A DNA stretch of 32,000 nucleotides from Bacteriovoracia bacterium (GCA_050251055.1 JBFWNL010000004.1:13863-45862), one strand, 5' to 3'. Shown: positions 16,237-24,942, counted from the stretch's first letter. Program-made: numbers and translations. Notes: a model not told the origin generated them from the letters alone.

Positions 16237-16751
16237 TGATCGAAATAACGCCTACCGTCGAGTTATTGAAAGAGATCAATCTGTTCGCCTCGTTCAATGA
16301 GCACGAGCTGAACGAGATCTTGCGTACCGGTGAATCAAAGGTATTCGAGGCCTATAGCAACGTGGTCATCGAAGGCGAGCTGAGCTGGGGGCTTTACATT
16401 ATTTTGGAAGGCACGGTCGGCATCTTCAAGAATAGCGCGACCGCGAAGGATATTACCTACGATATCGGCCAGCTAAAGAAAGGCAGCTTCTTCGGGGAGA
16501 TGTCGCTCGTCGACGAGAATCCGCGCTCGGCCACCGTTCGCGCGCTTACCGAATGTCAGCTTTTTTTCATCTCCAAGGAAAGCTTCTCCGCCTTCCTGGA
16601 CCGGTCCGGCGACGGAAAAAACCGGTTTTACGAACGATGCGTGAAAATCCTGGTTGGCCGTTTGCGCGAGCTGAACGACAACTACGTCATCAGCCAGTAC
16701 CAGCTGTGGAAGACCGCGCTGGAGAAAGATAAAGAAGAGGAAGTAGCCTAA
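16236..16751 (+). CDS. Single-domain cyclic-nucleotide-binding (CRP/CAP-type cNMP) protein without HTH (track start TTG 16230; ATG 16236 gives ATGA overlap)
   Basis: INLFASFNEHELNEILRTGESKVFEAYSNVVIEGELSWGLYIILEGTVGIF and phosphate-binding cassette FFGEMSLVDENPRSATVRA. Confidence 0.9.
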   Translation: MIEITPTVELLKEINLFASFNEHELNEILRTGESKVFEAYSNVVIEGELSWGLYIILEGTVGIFKNSATAKDITYDIGQLKKGSFFGEMSLVDENPRSATVRALTECQLFFISKESFSAFLDRSGDGKNRFYERCVKILVGRLRELNDNYVISQYQLWKTALEKDKEEEVA

Positions 16752-17536
16752 TGAATATCTCATCTTTATTCGGCGTATTGTTGGGTATCGGGGTCGTCTA
16801 CTCATCGCTCCACGAGAGCGGCATGGACATGATCTTCTTCCTGAACTTTCACGGGGTGGTCATCGTTTGCGGCGGCACCCTTGCCGCTGCCAGCATCAGC
16901 TTTCCCATGACGAAGATCGTCTCGCTATTGAAAGTATTTTTCCTGCGCGTGCTGGGCCGCAACCGGATTGACTACCAAGGCACGATCGAACAGATCTTGG
17001 ATTTGAATAAAAAAGTTAGCATCGGTAGTGCCGCGTTGAAGGACGTAATTCAGACCATCAAGCACCCTTTCTTAAAGGAAGCCGTGGGCCTGGTCGCCAC
17101 CGGCGTGCTCACCGAGCGCGAAATTCGCACCGTGCTCGAGCAGCGCATTAAAACGATGGAATCGCGCTACTTGCACGAAGCCAACATGTTCAAGGCCATC
17201 GGCAAGTTTCCGCCGGCCTTCGGGCTGCTCGCCACCACGCTCGGCATGATCGCGCTTTTGCAGCAGATGGGAAAACCGGGCAGCGAAAAGCTCATCGGAC
17301 CGGCCATGTCCATCGGGTTGATCGGCACCCTATACGGGATCGCGCTCACGAACCTAGTCTTTCTCCCGATCGCGGAAAACCTCACCGAACGCACCGAGGA
17401 AGAAATGGTGCTGCGCCGGATGATCGTCGAAGGGGCCGTGCTGCTCAAAGCCCAAACCAATCCGTTGGCCCTGCGCGAAAACCTCAACTCGTTCCTGGCT
17501 CCAAAGGACCGGGTTACCCGCAAGTCAGCGGCCTAA
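16751..17536 (+). CDS. motA: MotA/PomA-family flagellar-type stator protein
   Basis: GVVIVCGGTLAAASISFP, AIGKFPPAFGLLATTLGMIALLQQMG, IGPAMSIGLIGTLYGIALTNLVFLPIAENL; TAATG coupling with the upstream gene. Confidence 0.93.
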   Translation: MNISSLFGVLLGIGVVYSSLHESGMDMIFFLNFHGVVIVCGGTLAAASISFPMTKIVSLLKVFFLRVLGRNRIDYQGTIEQILDLNKKVSIGSAALKDVIQTIKHPFLKEAVGLVATGVLTEREIRTVLEQRIKTMESRYLHEANMFKAIGKFPPAFGLLATTLGMIALLQQMGKPGSEKLIGPAMSIGLIGTLYGIALTNLVFLPIAENLTERTEEEMVLRRMIVEGAVLLKAQTNPLALRENLNSFLAPKDRVTRKSAA

Positions 17537-17554
17537 GGGGCATAAGGAGCAGCG

Positions 17555-18370
17555 ATGGCCGTTAACGATTTCCTGAAAGCCGCCAAGCAGATTCAGGAAG
17601 AAGAAAAAAAGAAACAAGATCCGCCCAAAAAAGGGGGCCACGACGACGAGTCGAACTGGCTGATTTCCTACGCGGACATGATGACCTTGCTTTGCGGATT
17701 CTTCATCATGCTTTTCAGCATGTCTAGCCTAAGCAAACCGAAATACGAGGCCGCCGCGAAGGAGATTTCGGAGCACTTCGGCGCGGTGAAGCAGGACGAA
17801 GTGCCGAATCCAGAGCTCGTGAACGAGATGAAAAAAGTCATCCACGAATCCCATCTAGACAAGGAGGTGAAAGTCACCTCCACCCAAGAGGGGGTCACGA
17901 TCGTATTCGCTTCTACCGTGCTCTTTAACTCGATGAGCTCTTACATCCGCGAGGACGGGCGCACGGTGCTGAATCAGCTCATCGGCACGATCAAAGGGCA
18001 GCAAGAAAAGGGCGATGAACGTTTTAAGATCGTAGTGGAAGGCCATACCGACGCGCAACCCATCTTGAGCGGAATCTATCCGTCTAACTGGGAGCTTTCT
18101 AGCGCACGCGCCACGAAGGTGGTCCGCATGTTTCATGACGAAGGCTTCGATCCCGCTCGCCTCATGGCGATCGGCTACGCCGACTCGCGTCCCGAAGCTA
18201 AGAACCGCACGCTGGCGGGCGCCTGGGACGAAGAAGCTCTGAAAAAAAACCGCCGCGTCGTCATCCACGTTTTCGATCCCAGCGTCGACTCCATTCCTTG
18301 GCGCGAAAAAACCGCCGCCCCGCCGCCGCGCGCCGCTGCATCTTCTGGCCCGGCAGAATCTGCCCATTGA
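17555..18370 (+). CDS. motB: MotB-family stator protein with OmpA-like peptidoglycan-binding domain
   Basis: NWLISYADMMTLLCGFFIMLFSMSS with the ion-channel Asp (residue 41); OmpA-like VVEGHTDAQPILSGIYPSNWELSSARATKVVRMFHDEGFDPARLMAIGYADSRP. Confidence 0.94.
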   Translation: MAVNDFLKAAKQIQEEEKKKQDPPKKGGHDDESNWLISYADMMTLLCGFFIMLFSMSSLSKPKYEAAAKEISEHFGAVKQDEVPNPELVNEMKKVIHESHLDKEVKVTSTQEGVTIVFASTVLFNSMSSYIREDGRTVLNQLIGTIKGQQEKGDERFKIVVEGHTDAQPILSGIYPSNWELSSARATKVVRMFHDEGFDPARLMAIGYADSRPEAKNRTLAGAWDEEALKKNRRVVIHVFDPSVDSIPWREKTAAPPPRAAASSGPAESAH

Positions 18371-18417
18371 ACTAACCCAGTCCCCCTGGAAATCTAGACA
18401 GTGGGAGACTGAAAAAT

Positions 18418-19452
18418 ATGCGTTGGAATTGCCCTCACTGTGGAACCACGTTGACCGTATCGGACGATAAGGTAGGCGAGAACTGGTCGTTTTCACGTTG
18501 CTACTCTTGCCAAGGCTTCGCGCTGGTGAGGAAATCGCAGGTCAGCATCATTAAAGTTCATCAACCTCCCTCCGGCGAGCAGTACATCGTCACCACTCAT
18601 CAGCAGGAGCAGGCTTCCGCGACCCACTCCCAAACGCATCACGACGCACGCCCCGCCGCCCGCCCCGTCGTGCGACCCGTGGTTCGCCAACCGGCGGCCC
18701 TGCCCCCGCCGATCGAAGTCGCGCCCGTCATGCACCAGGCTCCTTCTATGCATATGGCCGTTCCCCTGGCGGCCCCGACTGCTCCCAGCCCTACGAAAAC
18801 GCAGATGTTCACCATATCCGATGGCACGGGCGCCGAGACGATCACCGTCGCCGCGACTACCTCTAGTCCACGCCGAAAAATGCCGGCCGCGCTCGTACCC
18901 ATTGGTATCGGGCTTGCGGGCGCTATCGCCATATCGTCGGGAGTTTATCTCTATCAGCAAGGCCAGGCCTTGTTTCAACTGGCGCAAAAACCGATCGCAG
19001 CGGAATCCCCCACGGAAATGCAGGTGGCGCGATTGCAAGCCCCCCCCTCGCTCGATCGCATCCCGCAAAGCGCGATGGCGCCCGAGCGCGTGACCGAAAT
19101 CCGCAGCCTGCCTAAAATCGAGCGCATCGATCCTCCCGAAGTCCGTCCGGCGGCCCCGATCGCGATCACCAAGCGCGTAGAAGAAAAGCGAGAGGAGTCG
19201 GACGACACCCCGGCCATCGAGCCGCGCCCCACCGCGGTGCAGGTCAAAAACAGTTACGCGAATCTCCGCGCCGGCCCTAGCCTCGAGCATCCCATCGTGG
19301 GCGTGGCCGAACCCGGCACGATCTACCTGATCAAGACCTGGGAGGGGCGCTGGTTCAACATCGTGCCCGAAGATCCCGCGCAGGCGGCGCTTCAAAAGAA
19401 ATCGATGTGGGTGCGTAATGACCTGGTGGAGACCCTCGTCTCCACGAATTAA
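18418..19452 (+). CDS. Zinc-ribbon / TM / SH3-like domain protein
   Basis: N-term MRWNCPHCGTTLTVSDDKVGENWSFSRCYSCQGFALV (two CxxC, zinc-ribbon_5/MJ0042-like); TM ALVPIGIGLAGAIAISSGVYLY; C-term VKNSYANLRAGPSLEHPIVGVAEPGTIYLIKTWEGRWFNI (SH3b-like). Confidence 0.8.
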   Translation: MRWNCPHCGTTLTVSDDKVGENWSFSRCYSCQGFALVRKSQVSIIKVHQPPSGEQYIVTTHQQEQASATHSQTHHDARPAARPVVRPVVRQPAALPPPIEVAPVMHQAPSMHMAVPLAAPTAPSPTKTQMFTISDGTGAETITVAATTSSPRRKMPAALVPIGIGLAGAIAISSGVYLYQQGQALFQLAQKPIAAESPTEMQVARLQAPPSLDRIPQSAMAPERVTEIRSLPKIERIDPPEVRPAAPIAITKRVEEKREESDDTPAIEPRPTAVQVKNSYANLRAGPSLEHPIVGVAEPGTIYLIKTWEGRWFNIVPEDPAQAALQKKSMWVRNDLVETLVSTN

Positions 19453-19457
19453 GTCGC

Positions 19458-20936
19458 CTAGCGATCCAACCCGATGGGTTCGCAACGCCAAAGGGTCAGC
19501 GTTTTCGCCGGAAAGTTTAAACGCCGAAACTCACGCGCCAGCCGCGGCTGGCAATTTGCCTCGAGAAACCGGGGCGGCTCCGCGTAACGATTGTCCGCCA
19601 CATAATAAACCGGCTTCAATAGCTTCGGCCATTCGGGGCCCCATCCGCTCACGGCTTCCGTTTCCGGCCACTCGTCACGCTCGCGAGCGGGGCGCGGAAC
19701 GCGGGCGACGCCTTCCACGCGCTTGAGCGCGAAGGCCGCTTGGGCGGCCGTTTGGTACCGGCTCGCTAAGACCACCGGCTCCGTTTCGTCCGGCGCGGCT
19801 TCCGCCAGCATCTCGCCAAAGCCCGCCCAACCGACGAGATCGTTACTGACGTCCCATTTCGGTTCCAGCTCCTTGCCACTGAAAGTGCGCGAACTCCAAG
19901 CCATGAGTGGCAGCTGACAGGAAAGCAAGATAACGACGACCCAGCCCAAACCGTAAGCGGCCTGCAGCCGCGGCCACAGGCCATCGACTTCTGACTTTTC
20001 AGTCATGCGGCCAATGGCTTCCAAGGCGAGCGGCAGCCACGCCGCAAAGATCCAATGCGGTTTAAAATCCGAAAAAAGCGGCTGAATCGCGTAGGCGAGC
20101 AGGGGCGGCAAGGCCCAAGCCCACGCGAAGCGCGAGACGCGCTCACCCGCGCGTGCGCGGCGCAGGCCGCGCAAAAAAAACCAGACCAACGCCGGTCCGA
20201 GCAGCACGAGCTGCAGGATCCAAAAACGCCCGAAGCGCGCCCAGGAAAGCCCCGTCCCACCATGTCGCTCTTTCATTTGATAAGCGAGCGCGGCCCAGTC
20301 GTGGGCGGAATTCCAAAGCACCGTGGGCAAAAGGCCGATCGCCGTAGCCACGAGCATTACTCCCAGCCCTGGCGCGCGGGAGCCGGGACGGGAAAAAATC
20401 AGGGCGCAAAGCACCGCCGACGCGGCCACCGCCCCCCCGGAAAGCTTCGCCCACATCGCGATCACGATCCCCGTCGCCAGCCACCCAAAATGCCACCGAG
20501 ACGACGATCCCGCGGCGATTTCCCAAGCTCCGTTCATCGCCAGCAGGACGCCCGCGAAGAGCGGCAGATCCGGCACCGCCATCCAGGCAAATCCGTAGAG
20601 AAAAGTCGTCCCCAGCCACGCGGCCACCAGCCAGCCCGGCGACACCGGCACGAACGCGCGCAAAATCCAACGCAACCCCAGGAAGAAAATCAGCGCCGCG
20701 TAGACCGCCGACACCAGCCGCACGGAGATTTCGGCCGAAACCAACCGCTCCGCCAACCAAATCGACCAGACGATGGCGGGCGGGTGGTAGGCGAACCCCC
20801 AGTCGGGCCGCTGCGCGAGCACCCAGTAATAAGCTTCGTCGTCTGAGAGCCCGAACGAATTCCCGAAGATGAGGTAGAAACCAAAGACCCCAAGCGTGGA
20901 CCAGGCCAGCCAACGCGGCAGAGGGGCGATGCGCAT
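19458..20936 (-). CDS. PMT/ArnT-like polytopic glycosyltransferase
   Basis: NSFGLSDDEAYYWVLAQRPDWGFAYHPPAIVWSIWLAERLV typical of the GT39/GT83 N-terminal loop; many hydrophobic segments. Confidence 0.82.
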   Translation of the reverse strand: MRIAPLPRWLAWSTLGVFGFYLIFGNSFGLSDDEAYYWVLAQRPDWGFAYHPPAIVWSIWLAERLVSAEISVRLVSAVYAALIFFLGLRWILRAFVPVSPGWLVAAWLGTTFLYGFAWMAVPDLPLFAGVLLAMNGAWEIAAGSSSRWHFGWLATGIVIAMWAKLSGGAVAASAVLCALIFSRPGSRAPGLGVMLVATAIGLLPTVLWNSAHDWAALAYQMKERHGGTGLSWARFGRFWILQLVLLGPALVWFFLRGLRRARAGERVSRFAWAWALPPLLAYAIQPLFSDFKPHWIFAAWLPLALEAIGRMTEKSEVDGLWPRLQAAYGLGWVVVILLSCQLPLMAWSSRTFSGKELEPKWDVSNDLVGWAGFGEMLAEAAPDETEPVVLASRYQTAAQAAFALKRVEGVARVPRPARERDEWPETEAVSGWGPEWPKLLKPVYYVADNRYAEPPRFLEANCQPRLAREFRRLNFPAKTLTLWRCEPIGLDR

Positions 20937-21860
20937 TTAACTTCTACCGGCCACCGGATCCGGCGTCTTCACTTGCGGATCCGGAACGCGGAACTGAATA
21001 ACGGTCTCGATGCCGGAGAGGAAGTGATTCCAGTACTCTTCGGCCCGCTGCGGATTGGTCGACGGGAGCTCCAGGGTAAGCGTGGGAATGCCGCGCTCTT
21101 GGCCGGTGTAATTTCCGAGCGAACCTGGATAAAAACCGCCCGAGTGGGCGTTCACGTGCTGCCGCAGCTGCAGGCACTTCGTTACGTACTCGGAAGGGAA
21201 CTTCGCGAGCGCAAGCACGTCGGGGCCGTCATAGTCCATGAAATTCAGTGGCGAATGCACGGAGATGATCTTATTGGGCTTGTACTCGGAAATCAGCTTC
21301 GCCTGGAACTGCGTTTCCGGCTCTGACTCGGCTTGCTTGCCGGGAAAATAACGGGGATCCGCGCGATACTTCTTCTTCCACATCCTGGTCGCATCCTTCG
21401 CCCAGTCCGCGGTATTGAAATTACGGTTCACATCCACTTTGTTCGCATTCGTGCGCGTCCGCGGGTGGCGATAAAAGCCGTCCGGATTCACCAGCGGGGC
21501 GATCACGATGCGCGTTCCCGGGTATTTGGAAGTGTTCGCCTCCAGCCAATCCATCAGGCGCAGACCCAGGAAGAGCGGAGTGGTTTCGTCGCCGTGGACC
21601 ATCGAAAATACGAGCGTGGTGTTCTTCGCGTTCGGATCGCCGAACTCACGGAAAACCAACGGGCGCCCCTTCACCGAACGCCCTCCCACGCGCATGTCCT
21701 TAAATTGGCAGGCGTCGAGCTTCCACTTGAATTTCTTGAGCTCCGGGTTCAGCTCCTGGCACCACTTCTTCAGATCCTCGTCGGCCCCGATCATCGCGGA
21801 ACCCGTGAGGGAAACCAGCATGGCCACGGCCAGCGCGGCGCCCGGCAGTCGCCGCTTCAT
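20937..21860 (-). CDS. M14-family zinc carboxypeptidase with signal peptide (start reassigned to internal ATG at 21860)
   Basis: FSMVHGDETTPLFLGLRL (H..E), VIAPLVNPDGFYRHPRTRTNANKVDVNRNFN, ISVHSPLNF, TLELP. Confidence 0.85.
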   Translation of the reverse strand: MKRRLPGAALAVAMLVSLTGSAMIGADEDLKKWCQELNPELKKFKWKLDACQFKDMRVGGRSVKGRPLVFREFGDPNAKNTTLVFSMVHGDETTPLFLGLRLMDWLEANTSKYPGTRIVIAPLVNPDGFYRHPRTRTNANKVDVNRNFNTADWAKDATRMWKKKYRADPRYFPGKQAESEPETQFQAKLISEYKPNKIISVHSPLNFMDYDGPDVLALAKFPSEYVTKCLQLRQHVNAHSGGFYPGSLGNYTGQERGIPTLTLELPSTNPQRAEEYWNHFLSGIETVIQFRVPDPQVKTPDPVAGRS

Positions 21861-22486
21861 GGCTTCACCACCCGTTGGCTGCGGGAATTGAGGTACCATT
21901 TCAAGGTGAGGATCAACGCCACCGAGATGATCACGAAGATGATCCCGTGCTCGACCCGGCGGATCACTTTAATAATGTGATCGACTTCGTCGCCAAAATA
22001 ATAAACGGAGTAGACGATGGCGGGCACGCTGATCAGCGAAGCCAAACCATCGTAGAAGAAAAAGATCCGGAACGGCAGGTGCAGGGTGCCGGCGGAGAAA
22101 AAGATCGGCATGCGCAACCCCGGCATGAAACGCGCGGCGAAGATCACCTTGTTGCCCTGGTTGTGGAGTTTCTTCTGGACCATGTCCAAGCGCTCCGGAG
22201 GCAGCAGCTTCCGGAAGAGCCAAAACCGGTTCACCAGCTTGCGGCCGTGTTTGTGCCCTAGGTAAAAAATCGCGCTATCGCCCAGCAGCACACCCACCAA
22301 AGAGATGAGAACCATTACAAAAACATTCGACTCTTCCGGGAACAAATGGGCGTAGTAACCCGCGCCGAACAACACGATGTCCTCGGGAACGGGCAAGCCA
22401 AAACCGCAAGCCAGGAGCGTCCCGAATAGAAGCAGGTACGCGTTCGTCCCGGAGATGTTGAACATGAAGTCGACTAGCTTATCCAT
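21857..22486 (-). CDS. DedA/SNARE-associated family membrane protein
   Basis: CGFGLPVPEDIVLFGAGYYA, GVLLGDSAIFYLGHKHGRK, VIFAARFMPGLRMPIFFSAGTLHLPFRIFFFYD. Confidence 0.9.
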   Translation of the reverse strand: MDKLVDFMFNISGTNAYLLLFGTLLACGFGLPVPEDIVLFGAGYYAHLFPEESNVFVMVLISLVGVLLGDSAIFYLGHKHGRKLVNRFWLFRKLLPPERLDMVQKKLHNQGNKVIFAARFMPGLRMPIFFSAGTLHLPFRIFFFYDGLASLISVPAIVYSVYYFGDEVDHIIKVIRRVEHGIIFVIISVALILTLKWYLNSRSQRVVKP

Positions 22487-22577
22487 ATAGAAAACGTCCG
22501 CAAAAGACGGCGGAAATCAGTATTCCACTAGGCGCGAAAATCGGGGAGGAAAAAAGCGAACGAATCAATATACTCGG

Positions 22578-23441
22578 TCATTTTACGCGCGCTCTTTGGT
22601 TGAGCGGGTGGGACTTCATATACTCGTCCGTGAGCGTCCCCAGATCCAGGTGCGTGTATTTCTGCGTGGTGGAAAGACGCGCGTGCCCCAGCAGCTCTTG
22701 AATGCTTCTTAAATCGGCGCCGGCCACCAAGAGATGGGTGGCAAAACTATGACGTAAGACGTGCGGTGAAGCCTCCGTGTGCGAAAGCGCGCGGATCAGG
22801 TGCCGTGACAATATTCTCGCTACGCTTCTCGCCGACAAGCGCGTGCCCCGGAAATTCACGAACAGCGGACCGCGGGCGAGACCCCGAGCCCGCAAGGCCT
22901 CGACATAGATCGTGAGCGCCTCCCGGGCCGGACGCCCGAAGGGCACGCTCCGTTGCTTGTTTCCCTTGCCCAAAACCCGTAGCCATTCCCGGGAAAGATC
23001 GACATCTGCTAGGTCCAACCCCACCGCTTCGCTCACGCGCAGCCCACAGCCGTAAAGCACTTCCAAAAGCGCGCGGTCACGCTGGCCCAGAAAACCCGAA
23101 TCATCCGGCTGCTTCATGGAATCCAGCAGCTGCGCTAAGTCCTCGAGCTTCAGGAACTTTGGCAGGGGCTTTTCCCCCTTAGGGCTGGGGATCAACGCCC
23201 CGACATCGCGCTCGATCTCCCCCCGTTGACGCAAGAAGCGCAGGAAGGCTCGAATGGCGGCGAGCTTGCGGTTGATGGAAGATCTCTCATGCGTTTCAAA
23301 CAGGGCCGCGAGATAGGACCTAAGGTGCTTCGCGTTATATCTTTTGGAGAAATCCGCTAAACTCCGAATATTATTTAACTTAAGGCTCTCAAACCACTGC
23401 CTAAGGTCGGCCTCGTAGGCGCGCCGGGTGTGGACGCTCAT
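22578..23441 (-). CDS. xerC: Tyrosine recombinase, XerC-like
   Basis: Catalytic motifs: YGCGLRVSEAVGL, LGKGNKQRSVPF, SPHVLRHSFATHLLVAGADLRSIQELLGHARLSTTQKYTHL. Frame stays open upstream to a TAG at 23511-23513. Confidence 0.9.
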   Translation of the reverse strand: MSVHTRRAYEADLRQWFESLKLNNIRSLADFSKRYNAKHLRSYLAALFETHERSSINRKLAAIRAFLRFLRQRGEIERDVGALIPSPKGEKPLPKFLKLEDLAQLLDSMKQPDDSGFLGQRDRALLEVLYGCGLRVSEAVGLDLADVDLSREWLRVLGKGNKQRSVPFGRPAREALTIYVEALRARGLARGPLFVNFRGTRLSARSVARILSRHLIRALSHTEASPHVLRHSFATHLLVAGADLRSIQELLGHARLSTTQKYTHLDLGTLTDEYMKSHPLNQRARVK

Positions 23442-23517
23442 CCCGCGCTGCTCGCAGCTTTCGATATACCGTTGGATGTACCGCTGAATCCAGTCTTCGA
23501 TTGAGTCAGTCTATGGT

Positions 23518-24912
23518 ATGCCGCAGGGCATGTCAAAACTGGGTCCGGTCCATATTATCGGCGCGGGGCTCGCCGGCTCCGAAGCGGCCTATTTCCTGGC
23601 CCGCCACGGGGTGAAGGTCCACCTTCACGAGATGCGCCCCGTGCGCATGACCGAAGCCCATAAGACCGAAAAATTCGCCGAACTGGTTTGCAGCAATTCA
23701 TTGAAATCACTCTCCCACGAGTCCGCGCCCGGCATGCTGAAGGCCGAAATGCGCGCGCTGGGCTCGCTCGTGCTCCAAGCGGGCGAGAAGGCTGCCGTGC
23801 CCGCGGGCGAAGCGCTGGGAGTCGACCGCGAGGTTTTCTCCGAGCTCATCACGGCCGTATTGAGCTCACATCCGAACATCACGATCGAACGCGGCGAGAT
23901 GTCCGAACCCCCCGCGGGCGGGCCCACGCTCATCGCGACGGGACCGCTGACCTCGCCAGCGCTGGGCAAGTGGCTCGCCACCGCGACCGGCGCCGACGAC
24001 CTTTATTTTTACGACGCCATCGCACCCATTATCGACGCCACGAGCGTCGACATGAACCACGCTTTTCTGGCGAATCGCTACGACAAGGGCGAAGAACAGG
24101 CGTATTTGAATTGCCCACTCACCGAGCCGGAATACGAAAAATTCATCGACGCTTTGCTCGCCGCGGAAAAGGTCCCGCCGAAATCCTTTGAAAAAGAAAT
24201 CCTCTTCCAAGGCTGCCAGCCGATCGAGTCGATTGCGGCCGGCGGGCGCGAAAGCCTGCGCTTTGGTCCCATGAAGCCGGTGGGCCTCACCGATCCCCGC
24301 ACCGGACGCCGACCGTACGCCGTCGTGCAGCTTCGACCGGAAAATCGTTCGCGCACGGCCTACAATCTGGTGGGCTTTCAAACGAAGCTGAAGTACGGCG
24401 AGCAAAAGCGCGTTTTCGCGCATATCCCGGCATTAGCCAACGCCGAGTTCTTGCGTCTGGGCTCCATCCACCGCAACACGTACGTGTGCGGCCCGAAGGT
24501 TCTGCGCACTGACCTTTCGCTGAAAGGCCATCCGCTGGTATATCTTGCCGGACAGGTGACGGGCGTCGAAGGCTACGTCGAGTCGTCCGCTTGCGGGCTG
24601 CTGGCGGGACTTTTCATGCTTCAGCGCCTGGAAGGCCGGCCCCACGCGACCCCGCCGATCAACACGGCGCTGGGGGCGCTGCTGAAGCACGTCACTCAAT
24701 CCGATCCGGCGAACTACCAACCGGGCAACATCCACTTCGGGCTCTTCGATCCTATTTTCTTCGAAAATCTCGTCGACAAGCGCCGCGACGATGTCCGCAA
24801 GGGCATGGCCGCGCAGGCGATCGTGAACTTCGACCGCTGGCTGGCTTCTATGCCGGGAATCCAGAAATCAAAGGGCCCGGAAGAATCATTCCCCCGGGCC
24901 CACACGAGTTAA
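23518..24912 (+). CDS. trmFO: FADH2/folate-dependent tRNA (uracil-54-C5)-methyltransferase TrmFO
   Basis: VHIIGAGLAGSEAAYFLARHGVKVHLHEMRP; AELVCSNSLKSLSHESAPGMLKAEMRALGSLV; YLAGQVTGVEGYVESSACGLLAG. Confidence 0.96.
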   Translation: MPQGMSKLGPVHIIGAGLAGSEAAYFLARHGVKVHLHEMRPVRMTEAHKTEKFAELVCSNSLKSLSHESAPGMLKAEMRALGSLVLQAGEKAAVPAGEALGVDREVFSELITAVLSSHPNITIERGEMSEPPAGGPTLIATGPLTSPALGKWLATATGADDLYFYDAIAPIIDATSVDMNHAFLANRYDKGEEQAYLNCPLTEPEYEKFIDALLAAEKVPPKSFEKEILFQGCQPIESIAAGGRESLRFGPMKPVGLTDPRTGRRPYAVVQLRPENRSRTAYNLVGFQTKLKYGEQKRVFAHIPALANAEFLRLGSIHRNTYVCGPKVLRTDLSLKGHPLVYLAGQVTGVEGYVESSACGLLAGLFMLQRLEGRPHATPPINTALGALLKHVTQSDPANYQPGNIHFGLFDPIFFENLVDKRRDDVRKGMAAQAIVNFDRWLASMPGIQKSKGPEESFPRAHTS

Positions 24913-24942
24913 GACAGTAACGATTACAAGAACGACTAGAGA

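Noticed and set aside
16236-16751. CRP/FNR transcription factor
   Set aside because: The protein ends shortly after the cyclic-nucleotide fold with a charged helical tail; no HTH is present.
16751-18370. Zorya-type (ZorAB) anti-phage defence
   Set aside because: MotA here lacks a long ZorA-like cytoplasmic tail and there are no ZorC/ZorD or other nuclease/helicase genes alongside; the partners are FliG-like and cNMP-binding proteins.
16751-18370. ExbBD/TolQR or AglRQS-like complex
   Set aside because: MotB has a full OmpA-like peptidoglycan-binding domain and SYADMMTLL channel motif typical of flagellar-type stators.
18493-19491. 332-aa minus-strand ORF opposite the zinc-ribbon/SH3 gene
   Set aside because: Arg/His/Gly-rich shadow; the plus-strand ORF has coherent zinc-ribbon, TM and SH3-like segments.
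20055-20913. 263-aa plus-strand and 256-aa minus-strand alternate ORFs within the PMT-like gene
   Set aside because: Compositionally biased alternate frames of a GC-rich polytopic membrane protein gene.
22578-23441. Mobile-element or integron integrase
   Set aside because: No attachment repeats, cassettes or cargo; size, motifs and linkage to trmFO fit housekeeping XerC.
24873-24901. Hairpin GGGCCCGG...CCGGGCCC at the end of trmFO as intrinsic terminator
   Set aside because: Lies inside the CDS with a 13-nt loop and no T-tract; insufficient to call.
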